From assembly GCA_000092065.1 (NCBI GenBank), contig CP000601.1: DNA of 64,000 bases, one strand, 5' to 3'. The position numbers and the translations under genes were made by a program. The notes under the pieces were generated by a model. That model was not told the origin of the DNA and did no database searches. It saw nothing but the letters and a program-made list of their open reading frames with translations. The stretch comes from Ostreococcus lucimarinus. Taxonomy: Eukaryota. Positions 39,381 through 49,650 of this stretch are shown in pieces. The stretch's first letter is position 1. Each line of letters opens with the position of its first letter.

Positions 39381-40262
39381 TTAAGCGCGCGTGAAAATGT
39401 ATATTCCGCCCGCGGCGGCGCGTCCGATCAACATGTCCTCGTCGCAAAACGTGAGATGATACGTGCCCACGGCGGCGCCAGCTTCTCCGCCGCCCATGGA
39501 CGTCAGAGCGCCCCGAAGCGGAAACTTCAGCTCGAGCTCTTTGATAAACATCAGCACTTGATGATTCAGCGACGACCGAGGCAAAATCGCCGGCGCCAAC
39601 AACGTCTCGGCGAGCGGCGAAATACTAATCTCGCTCACCTGCGCCTCTTGAAACGTCAACGCGATGCGCCGCCGCCCGACATCCTTAAAACTCGCCTGCA
39701 CGCGCAATCCGACGCCTCCCGGCGCGCCAACCTTCGCCTCGCTCAACAAAAACGGCACGCTCAGGCGTATCTCGTTCGTGATCCCCGTATTCGTCCCGTT
39801 CGCGCACCCGAAGCTCTGAAAAATATCCCCCACCTCGGGCACCCCCAACCTCTGCGACGCCATCAACAGCCCCAGCACGTCCGCCGCGTTCGTGTACGCC
39901 AACCGCCACTTCCCATCCAGCGCATCCCACTCGATCGTCTCGCTCGTCGTCAGCCGCTCGAGCGCGCCCGCCGCCGCCATGATCTCCGCCGCGTCGTCGC
40001 GCGTCGCCAGCGCCCCGCGATACGTCCCCGCGCACGCCTCCCGCAGCCGCGCCCTCGCGCGCGCGCGCGCCTCGTCCGCGCGCGCCTCCGCGTCGACGTC
40101 ACCACCCTTTCCTCGCGCGCGCGCGTCGTCGATCGCGCGCGTCGTCGTCGCGCGCGCCCGCTCGAACCTCGAACCGACCCCCGTCGACGTCGTCCTTCGC
40201 GGCGACGCCGCCGCGCGCGCGCGCGCGCGCGTCGCGTCCGCGCGCGCGACGGCGACGCGCAT
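39381..40262 (-). CDS. Plastid-lipid-associated protein / fibrillin (PAP_fibrillin family)
   Basis: Arg/Ala-rich transit-peptide-like N-terminus. Family blocks LDGKWRLAYTNAADVLGLL ... C-terminal HLTFCDEDMLIGRAAAGGIYIFTRA. Start set at MRVAVARAD. Confidence 0.6.
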   Translation of the reverse strand: MRVAVARADATRARARAAASPRRTTSTGVGSRFERARATTTRAIDDARARGKGGDVDAEARADEARARARARLREACAGTYRGALATRDDAAEIMAAAGALERLTTSETIEWDALDGKWRLAYTNAADVLGLLMASQRLGVPEVGDIFQSFGCANGTNTGITNEIRLSVPFLLSEAKVGAPGGVGLRVQASFKDVGRRRIALTFQEAQVSEISISPLAETLLAPAILPRSSLNHQVLMFIKELELKFPLRGALTSMGGGEAGAAVGTYHLTFCDEDMLIGRAAAGGIYIFTRA

Positions 40263-40366
40263 CGTCGCGATCGCGTCCCGTTCGCCCGAGCGCCGCGAAC
40301 TCGCGTCGCGCGCGCGTCGCGCGATTGTGACGCGCCACATCGCGCGCGATCGTATTCTCGACGCGA

Positions 40367-41302
40367 ATGCCGCCGCGCCCTCGCGCGGACGCGTCGGTGG
40401 ACCTCGCGCGCGCGCGCGCGAGCGCGGACGACGTCTCGCATCGCCTGTCGGACACGCGCGCGCGCACGGTGCAGGCGGTGGAGCTCACGGAGCGCGCGCT
40501 GAGGGAATTCAGAGACGCGGACGCGCGCGACGCATCGAAACCGCGATCGACGCTCGTCTCGCCGTACGACGGCGAGGAGGACGAGGAGGGCGGAGATAAC
40601 GAACTCACGGCGCTGGTGCGGCAGCTGGAGTCGTTCGCGGAGAAACGAACGGGGACGGGACAGGCGCCGCGAGGGGCGAACGGGACGAGCGGGACGACGC
40701 GCGGCGAACGGGAACGAGAACGGGAACGAGGAGGGGATAAATGGAGCGTGAAGAGCGGAGATAGCGGCGATGGACGATCGATGAACGATGAAAATTCGTT
40801 GGTCGGGTACTCGATGATGTACGGGAGCACGGTGGACGACGATGGGAGCGCGGCGGACGCGGATGAGCTCGCGAGCGAGTTTTCGGTTGATTTTTCGCTG
40901 CCGAGCGAACGCGTGGCTGGGGGTGCGACGGCGAGGAACGATAAAAAGAGCGAGCTCGGGAGCGTGAGTGGGCGGATAAACGCGGTGAGCGATAGTTTAA
41001 CGACGAGCAAGTCGCGATTGCACGAGAGCATCGCGAGCTTGGAGCTCGAAGCCGGGTTGACTGAAAACGGCGCCGAGATGGATTTCGAGCAGTACAAGGA
41101 CGACATGCCCGTGGTCGGGAACACGAAGACCGGTCAGGTCGTCATCGATTTAGCCGCGAGAGGCGTGAACTCGCTCAGTCGATCGAGTTCGCAGTTCATG
41201 GGCGAAGGCAAAGGCGGTCGGGGCGGCGACGGCGCCGAGCTCAGTCCGCTTGTGCGAATGTTCAATAGCGTGTGCGGCGGTTGTTGCGCCCTGCGCAAGT
41301 GA
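40367..41302 (+). CDS. hypothetical low-complexity (Ser/Gly/Asp/Glu-rich) protein
   Basis: ORF with host codon bias and C-terminal CGGCCALRK (possible lipidation/CaaX-like cysteine cluster). No family recognised. Confidence 0.3.
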   Translation: MPPRPRADASVDLARARASADDVSHRLSDTRARTVQAVELTERALREFRDADARDASKPRSTLVSPYDGEEDEEGGDNELTALVRQLESFAEKRTGTGQAPRGANGTSGTTRGERERERERGGDKWSVKSGDSGDGRSMNDENSLVGYSMMYGSTVDDDGSAADADELASEFSVDFSLPSERVAGGATARNDKKSELGSVSGRINAVSDSLTTSKSRLHESIASLELEAGLTENGAEMDFEQYKDDMPVVGNTKTGQVVIDLAARGVNSLSRSSSQFMGEGKGGRGGDGAELSPLVRMFNSVCGGCCALRK

Positions 41303-41461
41303 CGCCGCGCGCGAGATGACAACCACCACTAGCTACGGTGGGTGCGTGTAAAACTAAACAGCGCAGCGCGACGCGATTCGACGCGACGCGCGCGCTCGAA
41401 TCGAGACGAGCGTCTCTCGGCGCCGCCGCCGCCCTCGCGCGTCACTTCGAGCCCGCCCGCC

Positions 41462-42610
41462 ATGCCGCGACTCCTCTCTCCACGCGCCCTCGCGTCGTCG
41501 CGACTCTCCCTCGAAGCGACGGTGCTTCCGGGTCGTCGCGCGCGCGCCTCGCCGCGCGCGCGCGTCGCCGTCGCGCGGGCGTCCTCGCTGACCATCGCTC
41601 GACCGGACGACTGGCACCTGCACGTCCGCGACGCCTCAAAGCTCGCCGACGTCGTCCCGTTCACGTCGAAGACGTTCAAGCGCGCGCTGGTGATGCCGAA
41701 CCTGACGCCGCCCGTGCGCACGGCGAGCGAGGCTGAAAAGTACCGGGAACTCATCGCGAAGGCGGCGCCGGCGAGCGACGGATTCGAACCGCACATGACG
41801 CTGTATCTCACGGATAACACCACGGTAGAGCAAGTCGAGGAAGCGCACGCGTGTGGATTCGTGCGAGGGTATAAGCTGTACCCGGCAGGGGCGACGACGA
41901 ACAGTGAATTTGGGGTGACGGATGTGGCGAACGTGGCGAAGGCGACGAAACGCATGGCGGAACTGGGGCTGACGTTGCAAGTGCACGGAGAAGTGACGCA
42001 CGCGAGCGTGGACGTGTTCGATCGAGAGGCGAGATTCATTCAGGACGTTTTGATGCCGCTGTTGGATAGATCTCCGGATTTGAGGGTGGTGATGGAACAC
42101 ATCACGACGCGCGACGCCGCCGAGTTTGTCGCCGCGGCGGGGCCGAACGTCGCAGCGTCAGTGACGCCGCAACACGTGCTGTTCAATCGTAACGCCCTTT
42201 TCAAGGGTGGTTTAAGACCACATTTCTATTGCTTGCCCATCTTAAAGCGTGAGGAGCATCGCGAAGCCGTGCTCGCGGCGGCGACGAGCGGGAGCGGCAA
42301 GTTTTTCCTCGGCACCGACAGCGCGCCGCACCCCAAAGGCGCAAAGGAGGCCGCGTGCGGGTGCGCGGGTATCTTCTCTGCGCATGCCGCGTTGCCACTC
42401 TACGCCATGGCTTTCGAATCCGTCGACGCGCTCGACAAGCTCGAGGCGTTTGCGTCGCACAACGGAGCCGACTTTTACCGCGTCCCGCGTAACACCGAGA
42501 CGGTGACGTTGGAGAAGAAGGCTTGGAAAGTGCCGGATGAGTACAAGTTTGGTGACACTACGGTGGTGCCATTTTACGCGGGTGAGGAAATTCCGTGGAG
42601 CGTGGTGTAA
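41462..42610 (+). CDS. pyrC: Dihydroorotase (homodimeric/type II PyrC) with N-terminal transit peptide
   Basis: IARPDDWHLHVRD (metal-binding HxH). FKRALVMPNL. VHGEV...DVFDRE. HITT. LGTDSAPHP is the carboxylated-Lys and Asp region typical of E. coli/plant-type DHOase. Start set at MPRLLSPRALASSRL. Confidence 0.8.
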   Translation: MPRLLSPRALASSRLSLEATVLPGRRARASPRARVAVARASSLTIARPDDWHLHVRDASKLADVVPFTSKTFKRALVMPNLTPPVRTASEAEKYRELIAKAAPASDGFEPHMTLYLTDNTTVEQVEEAHACGFVRGYKLYPAGATTNSEFGVTDVANVAKATKRMAELGLTLQVHGEVTHASVDVFDREARFIQDVLMPLLDRSPDLRVVMEHITTRDAAEFVAAAGPNVAASVTPQHVLFNRNALFKGGLRPHFYCLPILKREEHREAVLAAATSGSGKFFLGTDSAPHPKGAKEAACGCAGIFSAHAALPLYAMAFESVDALDKLEAFASHNGADFYRVPRNTETVTLEKKAWKVPDEYKFGDTTVVPFYAGEEIPWSVV

Positions 42611-42658
42611 TTAAAATCGACAACAAATTGTAGGAGACGCGGCGAAGATAATCAGCCA

Positions 42659-43651
42659 TTACAAATTGTACGCCTCGCAGCTCTTGACGCCGTTCTCCTT
42701 GCAAAACTCGATGCTCAAATCCCAAAGCTTCGCGTTAGACTCGGCGTTTTTCGCGCGCGGCGCCATGGCATCGGCGCCGAAACCGGCGAACGCTTTGGAT
42801 AAGAGAGGCATGCCGAACATGTACGTCGCGCTCTTGTGCATCTTGAACAGCTTGGACATTTTAATCTTGAACGGCATGTAAAGCGTCGCCTTTGTTATGG
42901 ACGGCAGCGACGCCGCGTTCACGCTCGTCATCGCTCCTTGCGCGGGCGTCAAGGCCAAGATGCTCATGATCTTTCGCAAAACCGGGTTGTAATCTCTCCA
43001 AATGTTGCTCGCCACGAAGCCCGGATCTGCGGCGGCGCAGACGATCTTGTTATCCGGATACGCCGCATCCAATCGTCGCTGCAGCTCCACCGTCATCGCC
43101 AAACACGCCAACTTGCTCGACCCGTAGTTCCCCTTCGTCTTACTCGCACCCTTGTAGTAGTACTGATACTTGTTTGACCCGAACCACGTCGTCACCGAAC
43201 TCAACGCCACCACCCTCGCGCCGTCGCTCTTCATCAACTGCGGCAACAACAACGACGTGAGCATGAAGTGTCCGAGATAATTCACCCCCATGCATATGTC
43301 GTACCCTTGTTTCGTCGTCTTCGGTCCACTGTATCCGCTCGCCCCGTTCAATCCCGCGTTATTCACCAAGACGTCCAATTTTTCATACTCCTTCCCAAAC
43401 TTTTCCGCGAACGCCCTGACGCTCGCGGCGTCGCTCAGATCGAGCGCCATCACCGCCACGTCGTTCGCGCCCCCGTTTGACGCGTACTCGAGCGCCGCCC
43501 TCGCTCTGTCGATCGAGCGACACGCCATGACGACGCGCGCGCCGGCGTCCGCGAGCAACCTGGCCGTCTGCAACCCGATCCCGGTGTTCGCGCCGGTGAC
43601 CACGGCGATCTTACCGCGCATGTCCACCGCGCACGCGGCGCGAATGCCCAT
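42659..43651 (-). CDS. Short-chain dehydrogenase/reductase (retinol-dehydrogenase/WWOX-like SDR)
   Basis: KIAVVTGANTGIGLQTARLLADAGARVVMACR (TGxxxGIG Rossmann motif). LVNNAG. Catalytic YxxxK region (YGSSKLA). ORF open to 43750 and the start is ambiguous. Confidence 0.7.
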   Translation of the reverse strand: MGIRAACAVDMRGKIAVVTGANTGIGLQTARLLADAGARVVMACRSIDRARAALEYASNGGANDVAVMALDLSDAASVRAFAEKFGKEYEKLDVLVNNAGLNGASGYSGPKTTKQGYDICMGVNYLGHFMLTSLLLPQLMKSDGARVVALSSVTTWFGSNKYQYYYKGASKTKGNYGSSKLACLAMTVELQRRLDAAYPDNKIVCAAADPGFVASNIWRDYNPVLRKIMSILALTPAQGAMTSVNAASLPSITKATLYMPFKIKMSKLFKMHKSATYMFGMPLLSKAFAGFGADAMAPRAKNAESNAKLWDLSIEFCKENGVKSCEAYNL

Positions 43652-43860
43652 GGCGCTTCGTTGGACGACGTCGACGACGGTCGGGCGCGATCGCGCGCGC
43701 GACGCGACGTCGCGGCGGAGTGACGACTTTATCCACTTCGCTCGGGACACTTTTCGGCGCGACTCCGAGGCGCGACGCGCACGTCGCGACGCGCCGACGC
43801 GCTTCGACCGGTCGCGCGCGCGCGGACGAGCGACGATAGACGCGGGCGATCGTCGAGACG

Positions 43861-44505
43861 ATGCCGGCGCCGACGCGACCGCCGACGCGACACCACCACT
43901 TCGAGACTGGGACGTACAAACCGAGCGGGCTGTTCCTGCCGGACGACGAGTACGGACGCGCTTTGGACGCGCTGGTGAAGGGCTGCGTCGATTGCTTGCT
44001 GACGAACGAAAAGGGAGAGGTTTTGCTCGGGCTGCGCAAGCACGAACCGGCGAAAGGGACGTGGTGGTACATCGGTGGACGGATGCGCACGGGGGAGACG
44101 GTGGAGGAGACGGCGAGACGGCACGCGAAGCGAGACATCGGGATCGAGATCGACACGGAGCGGTTTCGATTCGTGACCACGAGCACGATGAATTGGGAAT
44201 TTCGAGTGCAGGAGCCGGCGGGGAACGGGACGTGCGATATTAACGTGGTCCTCGCGGCGACGCTGACGGAGGAGGAAATCGCGCGCAAGACGATGTGCGC
44301 CGACGAATATTTAGATCAAAAATTTTGGTCCGTGGAGGACATCTTAGCCGTGACGGACGAAAAAGTGATTTTACCGCCGATTCACATCTCTGCAAAGAAA
44401 ATGGTGTGGTCTGAACGCGAGGATGCGATGTACGCGGCGGTGGCTCGCGGCGCGGACGACGCGGAAATCGCCCGACTCGCGCGCCGCGCGTACGAGTTCG
44501 CGTGA
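43861..44505 (+). CDS. Nudix hydrolase
   Basis: Nudix box GGRMRTGETVEETARRHAKRDIGIEI (GX5EX7REUXEEXGU pattern). Confidence 0.6.
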   Translation: MPAPTRPPTRHHHFETGTYKPSGLFLPDDEYGRALDALVKGCVDCLLTNEKGEVLLGLRKHEPAKGTWWYIGGRMRTGETVEETARRHAKRDIGIEIDTERFRFVTTSTMNWEFRVQEPAGNGTCDINVVLAATLTEEEIARKTMCADEYLDQKFWSVEDILAVTDEKVILPPIHISAKKMVWSEREDAMYAAVARGADDAEIARLARRAYEFA

Positions 44506-44726
44506 AGCGTTCGACGTGGCGGACGCGGGCTTTCGCGAAGCCATAGTTAGACGCAATTGTTTTAATGATTGATGCGCAAATGTTTTCGTGTTGTTACACT
44601 AACTGACTAAGTAAGAAGTCTTCGATCATCGTCGTGAAAATTGGCGCGGCGGAGCGCACATCGTTAGCGCTGCCCATCCTTGCTTGAAAAAATGTTGTTT
44701 GTTTATCTTTGTCCGATATCGTTCGA

Positions 44727-45383
44727 TTAGAACAGCGCGGAGCCGCCCATGATCTTTTCGACGATCGGCAACGCGACGAGACCGATCATCGCACCGCGAC
44801 CGTTCGTCATCTCCGCCTCCGCGCGGAACGGCCCGAACGCCTCGGGCGCCTCGTCCAAGCCGTTCGGCGACGACTTCTTGAGCGCCGGCGCCAAAGAGGA
44901 CGCCAAGGTCAAGATCACGCAGGCCGGCACGAGGAAGAACCCGGCCGCCGGGTACGTGGACGTGCGCGTGATGCCGTCCGCGAGCGTGAACGTGCGTTCG
45001 TTGAACAATTGGTGCATGAAGCTCGTGTTCGACGTCAGCTCCACGTAGAGCGCCGCCGTCCACCCAATCATCGCCGCGCGACCGTTGATCGTCTCCACCG
45101 CGCGCGAGTCCTTGAACGCGAGCATGACGGAGTCGAGCATGGAGTTATCGTTCCCGAGCGGCGCCGCTTCGGCGATGGAGCCGTCGGCCGGGTCGATCGC
45201 GTCGACGCGCATCGTCGGCTGCTTGGACGCCGCGTCGGCATCCTTCCACTCGGAGTTCGCCTCTTCGACCGCCTTGGAGACGTCGTTTTCGGCGCGGACC
45301 GCGACGGAGGCGCGGCGGTGCGCGCGCTGCGTCTTGACGACGGCGCGGGCGGCGAGTTGGGGGCGAGTCGTGACGGCGAACAT
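44727..45383 (-). CDS. ELIP/LHC-like chlorophyll a/b-binding family protein (three helices, helices I and III carry the LHC motif)
   Basis: ETINGRAAMIGWTAAL and EMTNGRGAMIGLVALPI (ExxNGRxAMxG motifs) separated by a hydrophobic helix AAGFFLVPACVILTLASSL. Basic transit-peptide-like N-terminus from MFAVTTRPQL. Confidence 0.7.
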   Translation of the reverse strand: MFAVTTRPQLAARAVVKTQRAHRRASVAVRAENDVSKAVEEANSEWKDADAASKQPTMRVDAIDPADGSIAEAAPLGNDNSMLDSVMLAFKDSRAVETINGRAAMIGWTAALYVELTSNTSFMHQLFNERTFTLADGITRTSTYPAAGFFLVPACVILTLASSLAPALKKSSPNGLDEAPEAFGPFRAEAEMTNGRGAMIGLVALPIVEKIMGGSALF

Positions 45384-45766
45384 GTCGTGCGTGCGTGTGC
45401 GAGAGTGACGCGATGCGGCGCGCCGTCGACGGTGACGTCGAATTTTGTCATTTTCGCGCGTCACTGTTTACGCATACGAGCGGTCGGTCGCGCGACACGA
45501 ATCGTCGACGTCGACGGTTCGCGCGTGACGTCACGCGACCGCGCGACGAAACGCGCGGTCGCCGCGGTCGACGCGGTCGACGCGCGCGCGGTCGGAGGCG
45601 AGGCGTCGGCGTCGGCGTCGCGCGCGACGCGCGAAGCCCGCGGGGCGCGCGGCGAAGGGCGCGGCGAGACGCGACGGTGCGCGCGACGACGCGATGGACG
45701 CTTTATGACTTTATGGGTCCTCGGGACGAGGGGGCGAATGTTACAAGTTTGAGCGATGCGCGCGAT

Positions 45767-47947
45767 TCATCGCCCGTCGCAGACGTCCGCGACGTCGTCC
45801 GGTCGTCCGACGATGACGTCTTCGCGGTCGATGGTGACCATGCCGAGCCTGGCGCCCTTGGGCTTTTTCACGTACTTAGGAGACGTGTACGAAACGTTGA
45901 CTTTGCCGCCCGTTCTCACTTTCGAATGAAAGCTCGCGACGTTGGCGGCGAATTGGATGTCGTCGTCTGAGGCGGTTTCGCCTGGTTGTTGGCGAAGGAT
46001 GACGTGCGCGCCCGGGGCGCCGCGAACGTGAAACCACACGTCTTGGTCTTGTCCGAAGAAAAGCGAAACCGCTTCGTTTCCGCGGCTATTTCTTCCGCAG
46101 TACACCTCCTTTCCACTCGGCGCGGTATAGATGCGAATGGCGTTCATCATCTCTTGCTTACGCGCTTGCTTACCGGTTTTCGGCTTCGCGCCGCCGCCCT
46201 TCTTCGCCGCCGCCATCGCGCGCGTCTTCGCGTCGGCGCCCTTGCCCGTGGGCTTTAAGAATCCACCGTCCACGAGTTCGGCGCCAATTTCCTCGATGAA
46301 CAATAAATCGTCGCGCGATTTGAACTCGCTGACTTCGAGAATACTAAATTCGACGCCCTCTAAATACTCAATCTCGCTCGCATTTTGTTCGATGAGCGGC
46401 TCGACGGCGTCGGCGGTGCGACGCAGCTTTCTCGTCTTTTTGTACAGCGCCTCGGCGGTGCCCACAGGACCTTTCTCGGGATCTACTTTAAACATCACTG
46501 TCTCGCCCGTGGTGAAGTCTTGACCCTCAAGCTCGCTCGAACCAGGCTTATAGTTGTAACTGTACGCCATCAACGCGTCGGCGAGCAGTTGAATTTCTTC
46601 GTGCCCGCTCGCCGCCTCTAATTGCTTGCGGAACCCAACGTCTTTGCTCGCCAACTTTTTCAGACGCGCGCGCACGGCTTGTAAAATGCGCGAGCGTTCG
46701 CGCTCGAACACGTCGGTTTCGCCCGCTTCGCCGTACACAGCGCCGAAAAGAGCGCCGATCGGCCCGCCGGCAACGCTCAAATCGTCGGCGGCGGGCGGCA
46801 AGACGACGCCCGCGGACGACGGGTGCAATAACAACTGCCCGAACTCTTCGCACCACGTGGCGTTTGCGAGCGTACCCGCACTGTCGGCATCACTTGAAAC
46901 GCTCGCAATCCATCGCATGAACTCATCGTACACGGCGACCCAATCGCTCGCACTCGCGGTTTCGACGCGCTCGCCATCGGCGACGCCCGCGCCGCGAATC
47001 AACGCCTTGGCCAAAGCCGGTGACACCCCTCGAAACGCGCGCACCATGCACTCATCCAAACGCGCTTCGCCCATATCACCACTGCGACCGCGTGCGACGT
47101 CGCGCAACACCGCGGTCCATCCGTCCACGCCCCCTTCAACCCCGGTCGTGGGATCGATCCCGGGCGCCGAGGGCGGCGGCTCGTACGCGTACCCGATCGC
47201 CAATCGCCGCACACTCGTCTGTTTCTCCCCAACCTGATACCCACACGCTAAAACTTCATCATTATTTTTACTATCAAGCAAGAACGCGTTGCTGTACCGC
47301 CCCATGACCTCACACAACAGCTCGTACTCTGCCTCACCTCCCGGCCTATCGCCGAATCGCAACCGACACGCGCGTTCCCACGCCGTCCCCACGCGCGCAT
47401 CCAGCAGCACCTTCCCCTTGAGCAGCGCGTTCGCGCTCTCGCCAAAACTAAGATTCATCCCCTTCTCCACCTTGGCCCCGCGCGCGCTCATCGCGACGTG
47501 CGCGGTCACCGGGTGCCAACTCACTCGCACGCTCCGCCGTCCATCCGCCGCGCGCGCGTCCAGCGTCATCGAGTGCGCGTCCACCTGCGCGCACGCGTCG
47601 ATCTTCACCGGCGTCGACAGCGCGTTTATCTCCCGCACGCTCGCGACGAGGGCGGTGTAATCGAACGTCGCGGGCGTCGCGCGCGCGGCGCGAACGACGA
47701 CGAGCGAGCGGCGGTGACGCGGCGACGGCGCGCGCCGCGGCGACGCGAGCGACGCGATGCGCCAACGCGCGCGCGCGGGGATGCGTGACGCGCGGTACAT
47801 GACGCCGAGCGCGGGCGCGGGCGGGCCGCGGGCGCGCCGCGGGCGGACGCGCGCGAGGGAAAGTGAGGACGCGGCGCGAGCGGGACGCGAAGCGTCTCGG
47901 CGAAAGGTTCGGCGCGCGAATGAATATCTGGCGATGAGCGTTGACAC
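45767..47947 (-). CDS. NFACT/FbpA-DUF814 family protein (bacterial-type RqcH/NEMF homologue), with transit-peptide-like N-terminus
   Basis: C-terminal NFACT-R block DVWFHVRGAPGAHVILRQQ...NVASFHSKVRTGGKVNVSYTSPKYVKKPKGARLGMV. N-terminal NFACT-N-like region. Arg/Ser-rich presequence. Confidence 0.65.
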   Translation of the reverse strand: MSTLIARYSFARRTFRRDASRPARAASSLSLARVRPRRARGPPAPALGVMYRASRIPARARWRIASLASPRRAPSPRHRRSLVVVRAARATPATFDYTALVASVREINALSTPVKIDACAQVDAHSMTLDARAADGRRSVRVSWHPVTAHVAMSARGAKVEKGMNLSFGESANALLKGKVLLDARVGTAWERACRLRFGDRPGGEAEYELLCEVMGRYSNAFLLDSKNNDEVLACGYQVGEKQTSVRRLAIGYAYEPPPSAPGIDPTTGVEGGVDGWTAVLRDVARGRSGDMGEARLDECMVRAFRGVSPALAKALIRGAGVADGERVETASASDWVAVYDEFMRWIASVSSDADSAGTLANATWCEEFGQLLLHPSSAGVVLPPAADDLSVAGGPIGALFGAVYGEAGETDVFERERSRILQAVRARLKKLASKDVGFRKQLEAASGHEEIQLLADALMAYSYNYKPGSSELEGQDFTTGETVMFKVDPEKGPVGTAEALYKKTRKLRRTADAVEPLIEQNASEIEYLEGVEFSILEVSEFKSRDDLLFIEEIGAELVDGGFLKPTGKGADAKTRAMAAAKKGGGAKPKTGKQARKQEMMNAIRIYTAPSGKEVYCGRNSRGNEAVSLFFGQDQDVWFHVRGAPGAHVILRQQPGETASDDDIQFAANVASFHSKVRTGGKVNVSYTSPKYVKKPKGARLGMVTIDREDVIVGRPDDVADVCDGR

Positions 47948-47977
47948 GCGCGCGCGTTCGTTCGGTCGGTCGTTTGT

Positions 47978-49108
47978 CTAGGATGTCTTGGCCGATTTCG
48001 GGGTGACTTCCTCGGCGCGCGTCTCGCGAAGGAAGACGCGGTCTTCGGGCTTGTTGTTCTCTCGCTCTTCGTGCGCGTACGAAGACGCGATGGCGAGCAA
48101 GGACCCACAAGGACTGAAAGCGAGCGCTGAGATGGAGGTGGGGTAGCGGGGCGACTGAAAAAGTCGCTTTTTAGCGTCGCCATCCCAAAAATTGACGTAA
48201 CCGTCGCCGCCGCCCGTGGCGAATGTGCCGTGGACGGGATGAAACGCCACCGCGTGGACGGGATAAACAATCTCACCCACGCTCGCGTCATCGGTTTTGC
48301 GATGACACTTGAACGCATATTTTCGCTTGTCGTTCTCTTCATCGCGTATGAACTCCACCGCTACGCGTCCCTCGACGCTCGCGGCCACGAATCCATCGCC
48401 TCGGATATTTGCTGCGATGGCGCGCGTTTGAAACCGCATGCTCGAACGTCTATTTATCAACGGACGCGGCGGCGCTTCCGACGCGCGTCGTCCGTCATCA
48501 CCATCCACACCGCGCACTAAATCTCGCGTCTCGTACGCCAAAACTTGCCCATCGCTCGTCGCCACGAAAATCTTACCGTCTCTCAAATCCGCCGCGTAGC
48601 ACTTCCCAGCCGTCTTCGTCGTCGACACCGCGCGCCCTCGCTCGTCCTTCGTCAAATCCCACGCCCTAATCGTTCGATCCCAGCCAAACGTAAACAATTT
48701 CTTCGTCGCATCATCGTACTCCACCGCCGACACCGCGCCGTCGTCGTGCGCGCCGACGACGCGAAACGCGCCAGTTTTAAAATCGACGAGGCGCACCGAC
48801 CCGTCGAGGCATCCCACGCACGCCGCGTCCTCATCCGTCCCGACGAACGTCCCGCACAGCGCGGGCGCGCCCAAATCGATCGAGTTCAACGATTTCACGT
48901 CCCCGATCTCGCGCGCGCGGCACGCGTACCGCCGCGCGGTCCCGTCCCAGGACGTCACCAGGAGCGTCAACCGTCGCGCCATCCCATCGTCGTCGTCGTC
49001 GCGACCCTCTCCCGCGCTGACCGCGCAGAACCGCACCGCGCTGACGCCGTCGCCGAACGCCGCGCCTCCGGCCCCTCGCACGTCGCGACCGAGGTCTCGA
49101 TGCGCCAT
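47978..49108 (-). CDS. BUB3: BUB3 (or closely related RAE1) WD40 mitotic checkpoint protein
   Basis: YAFKCHRKTDD...EIVYPVHAVAFHPVHGTFATGGGDGYVNFWDGDAKKRLFQSPRYPTSISALAFSPCGSLLAIASSY is the diagnostic BUB3/RAE1 C-terminal block. N-terminal ...LVTSWDGTARRY. Confidence 0.7.
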   Translation of the reverse strand: MAHRDLGRDVRGAGGAAFGDGVSAVRFCAVSAGEGRDDDDDGMARRLTLLVTSWDGTARRYACRAREIGDVKSLNSIDLGAPALCGTFVGTDEDAACVGCLDGSVRLVDFKTGAFRVVGAHDDGAVSAVEYDDATKKLFTFGWDRTIRAWDLTKDERGRAVSTTKTAGKCYAADLRDGKIFVATSDGQVLAYETRDLVRGVDGDDGRRASEAPPRPLINRRSSMRFQTRAIAANIRGDGFVAASVEGRVAVEFIRDEENDKRKYAFKCHRKTDDASVGEIVYPVHAVAFHPVHGTFATGGGDGYVNFWDGDAKKRLFQSPRYPTSISALAFSPCGSLLAIASSYAHEERENNKPEDRVFLRETRAEEVTPKSAKTS

Positions 49109-49650
49109 CGCGCGCGCGCGTCTCGCGCGCGCACCGCGCGCGCGTCCCGACCGTCACCGCGACGACGTCGTCGTCGCCCGCGCGCGCATCGGTTTATCGC
49201 CGATCGACGACGGTCAAACGCGCGTTCGGGCGCCGTCTCGATCCATGTGCGATCGCGATGACGCGCGCATAAATAATCATCGCCGCGACCGAACGCGCAT
49301 TGCGACGCGCGCGAACGCCGTGTCGTGCGAGCGCGTCTCGCGCGGGCGTCGCGCGCGCACCGCATTTCGCGACGGCGGTCGATGCGGGCCCCGTCGCGCG
49401 CGCCGTGCGCGTCCGCGCGCCCGGAGGCCGGCGTCGTCGACGCCCTCGATGATCTCGCCGCCGTCGACGCCCGCGCGTGCGGCATCGGCAAGCTCACGAT
49501 CGCGCACGACGACGACGACGACGACGCGCGAGGTCTCCGCCATCGCGACCGCGGCGCGTTCGCCCTCGATTTGCGCGCGTGGTCGTTCACCGCGCGCACG
49601 CAGCCGGTCCGCGCGCTCGGGGCGTGCGCGCGAGACGCGTCCGTCGACAT

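Noticed and set aside
44590-44625. CTAACTGACTAAGTAAG (branch-like followed by GTAAG) in the Nudix / ELIP-like intergenic spacer
   Set aside because: It lies in the 3' UTR region between convergent genes with no coding exons to join. It is more likely part of a polyadenylation or terminator region; TGTAA is present on the minus strand nearby.
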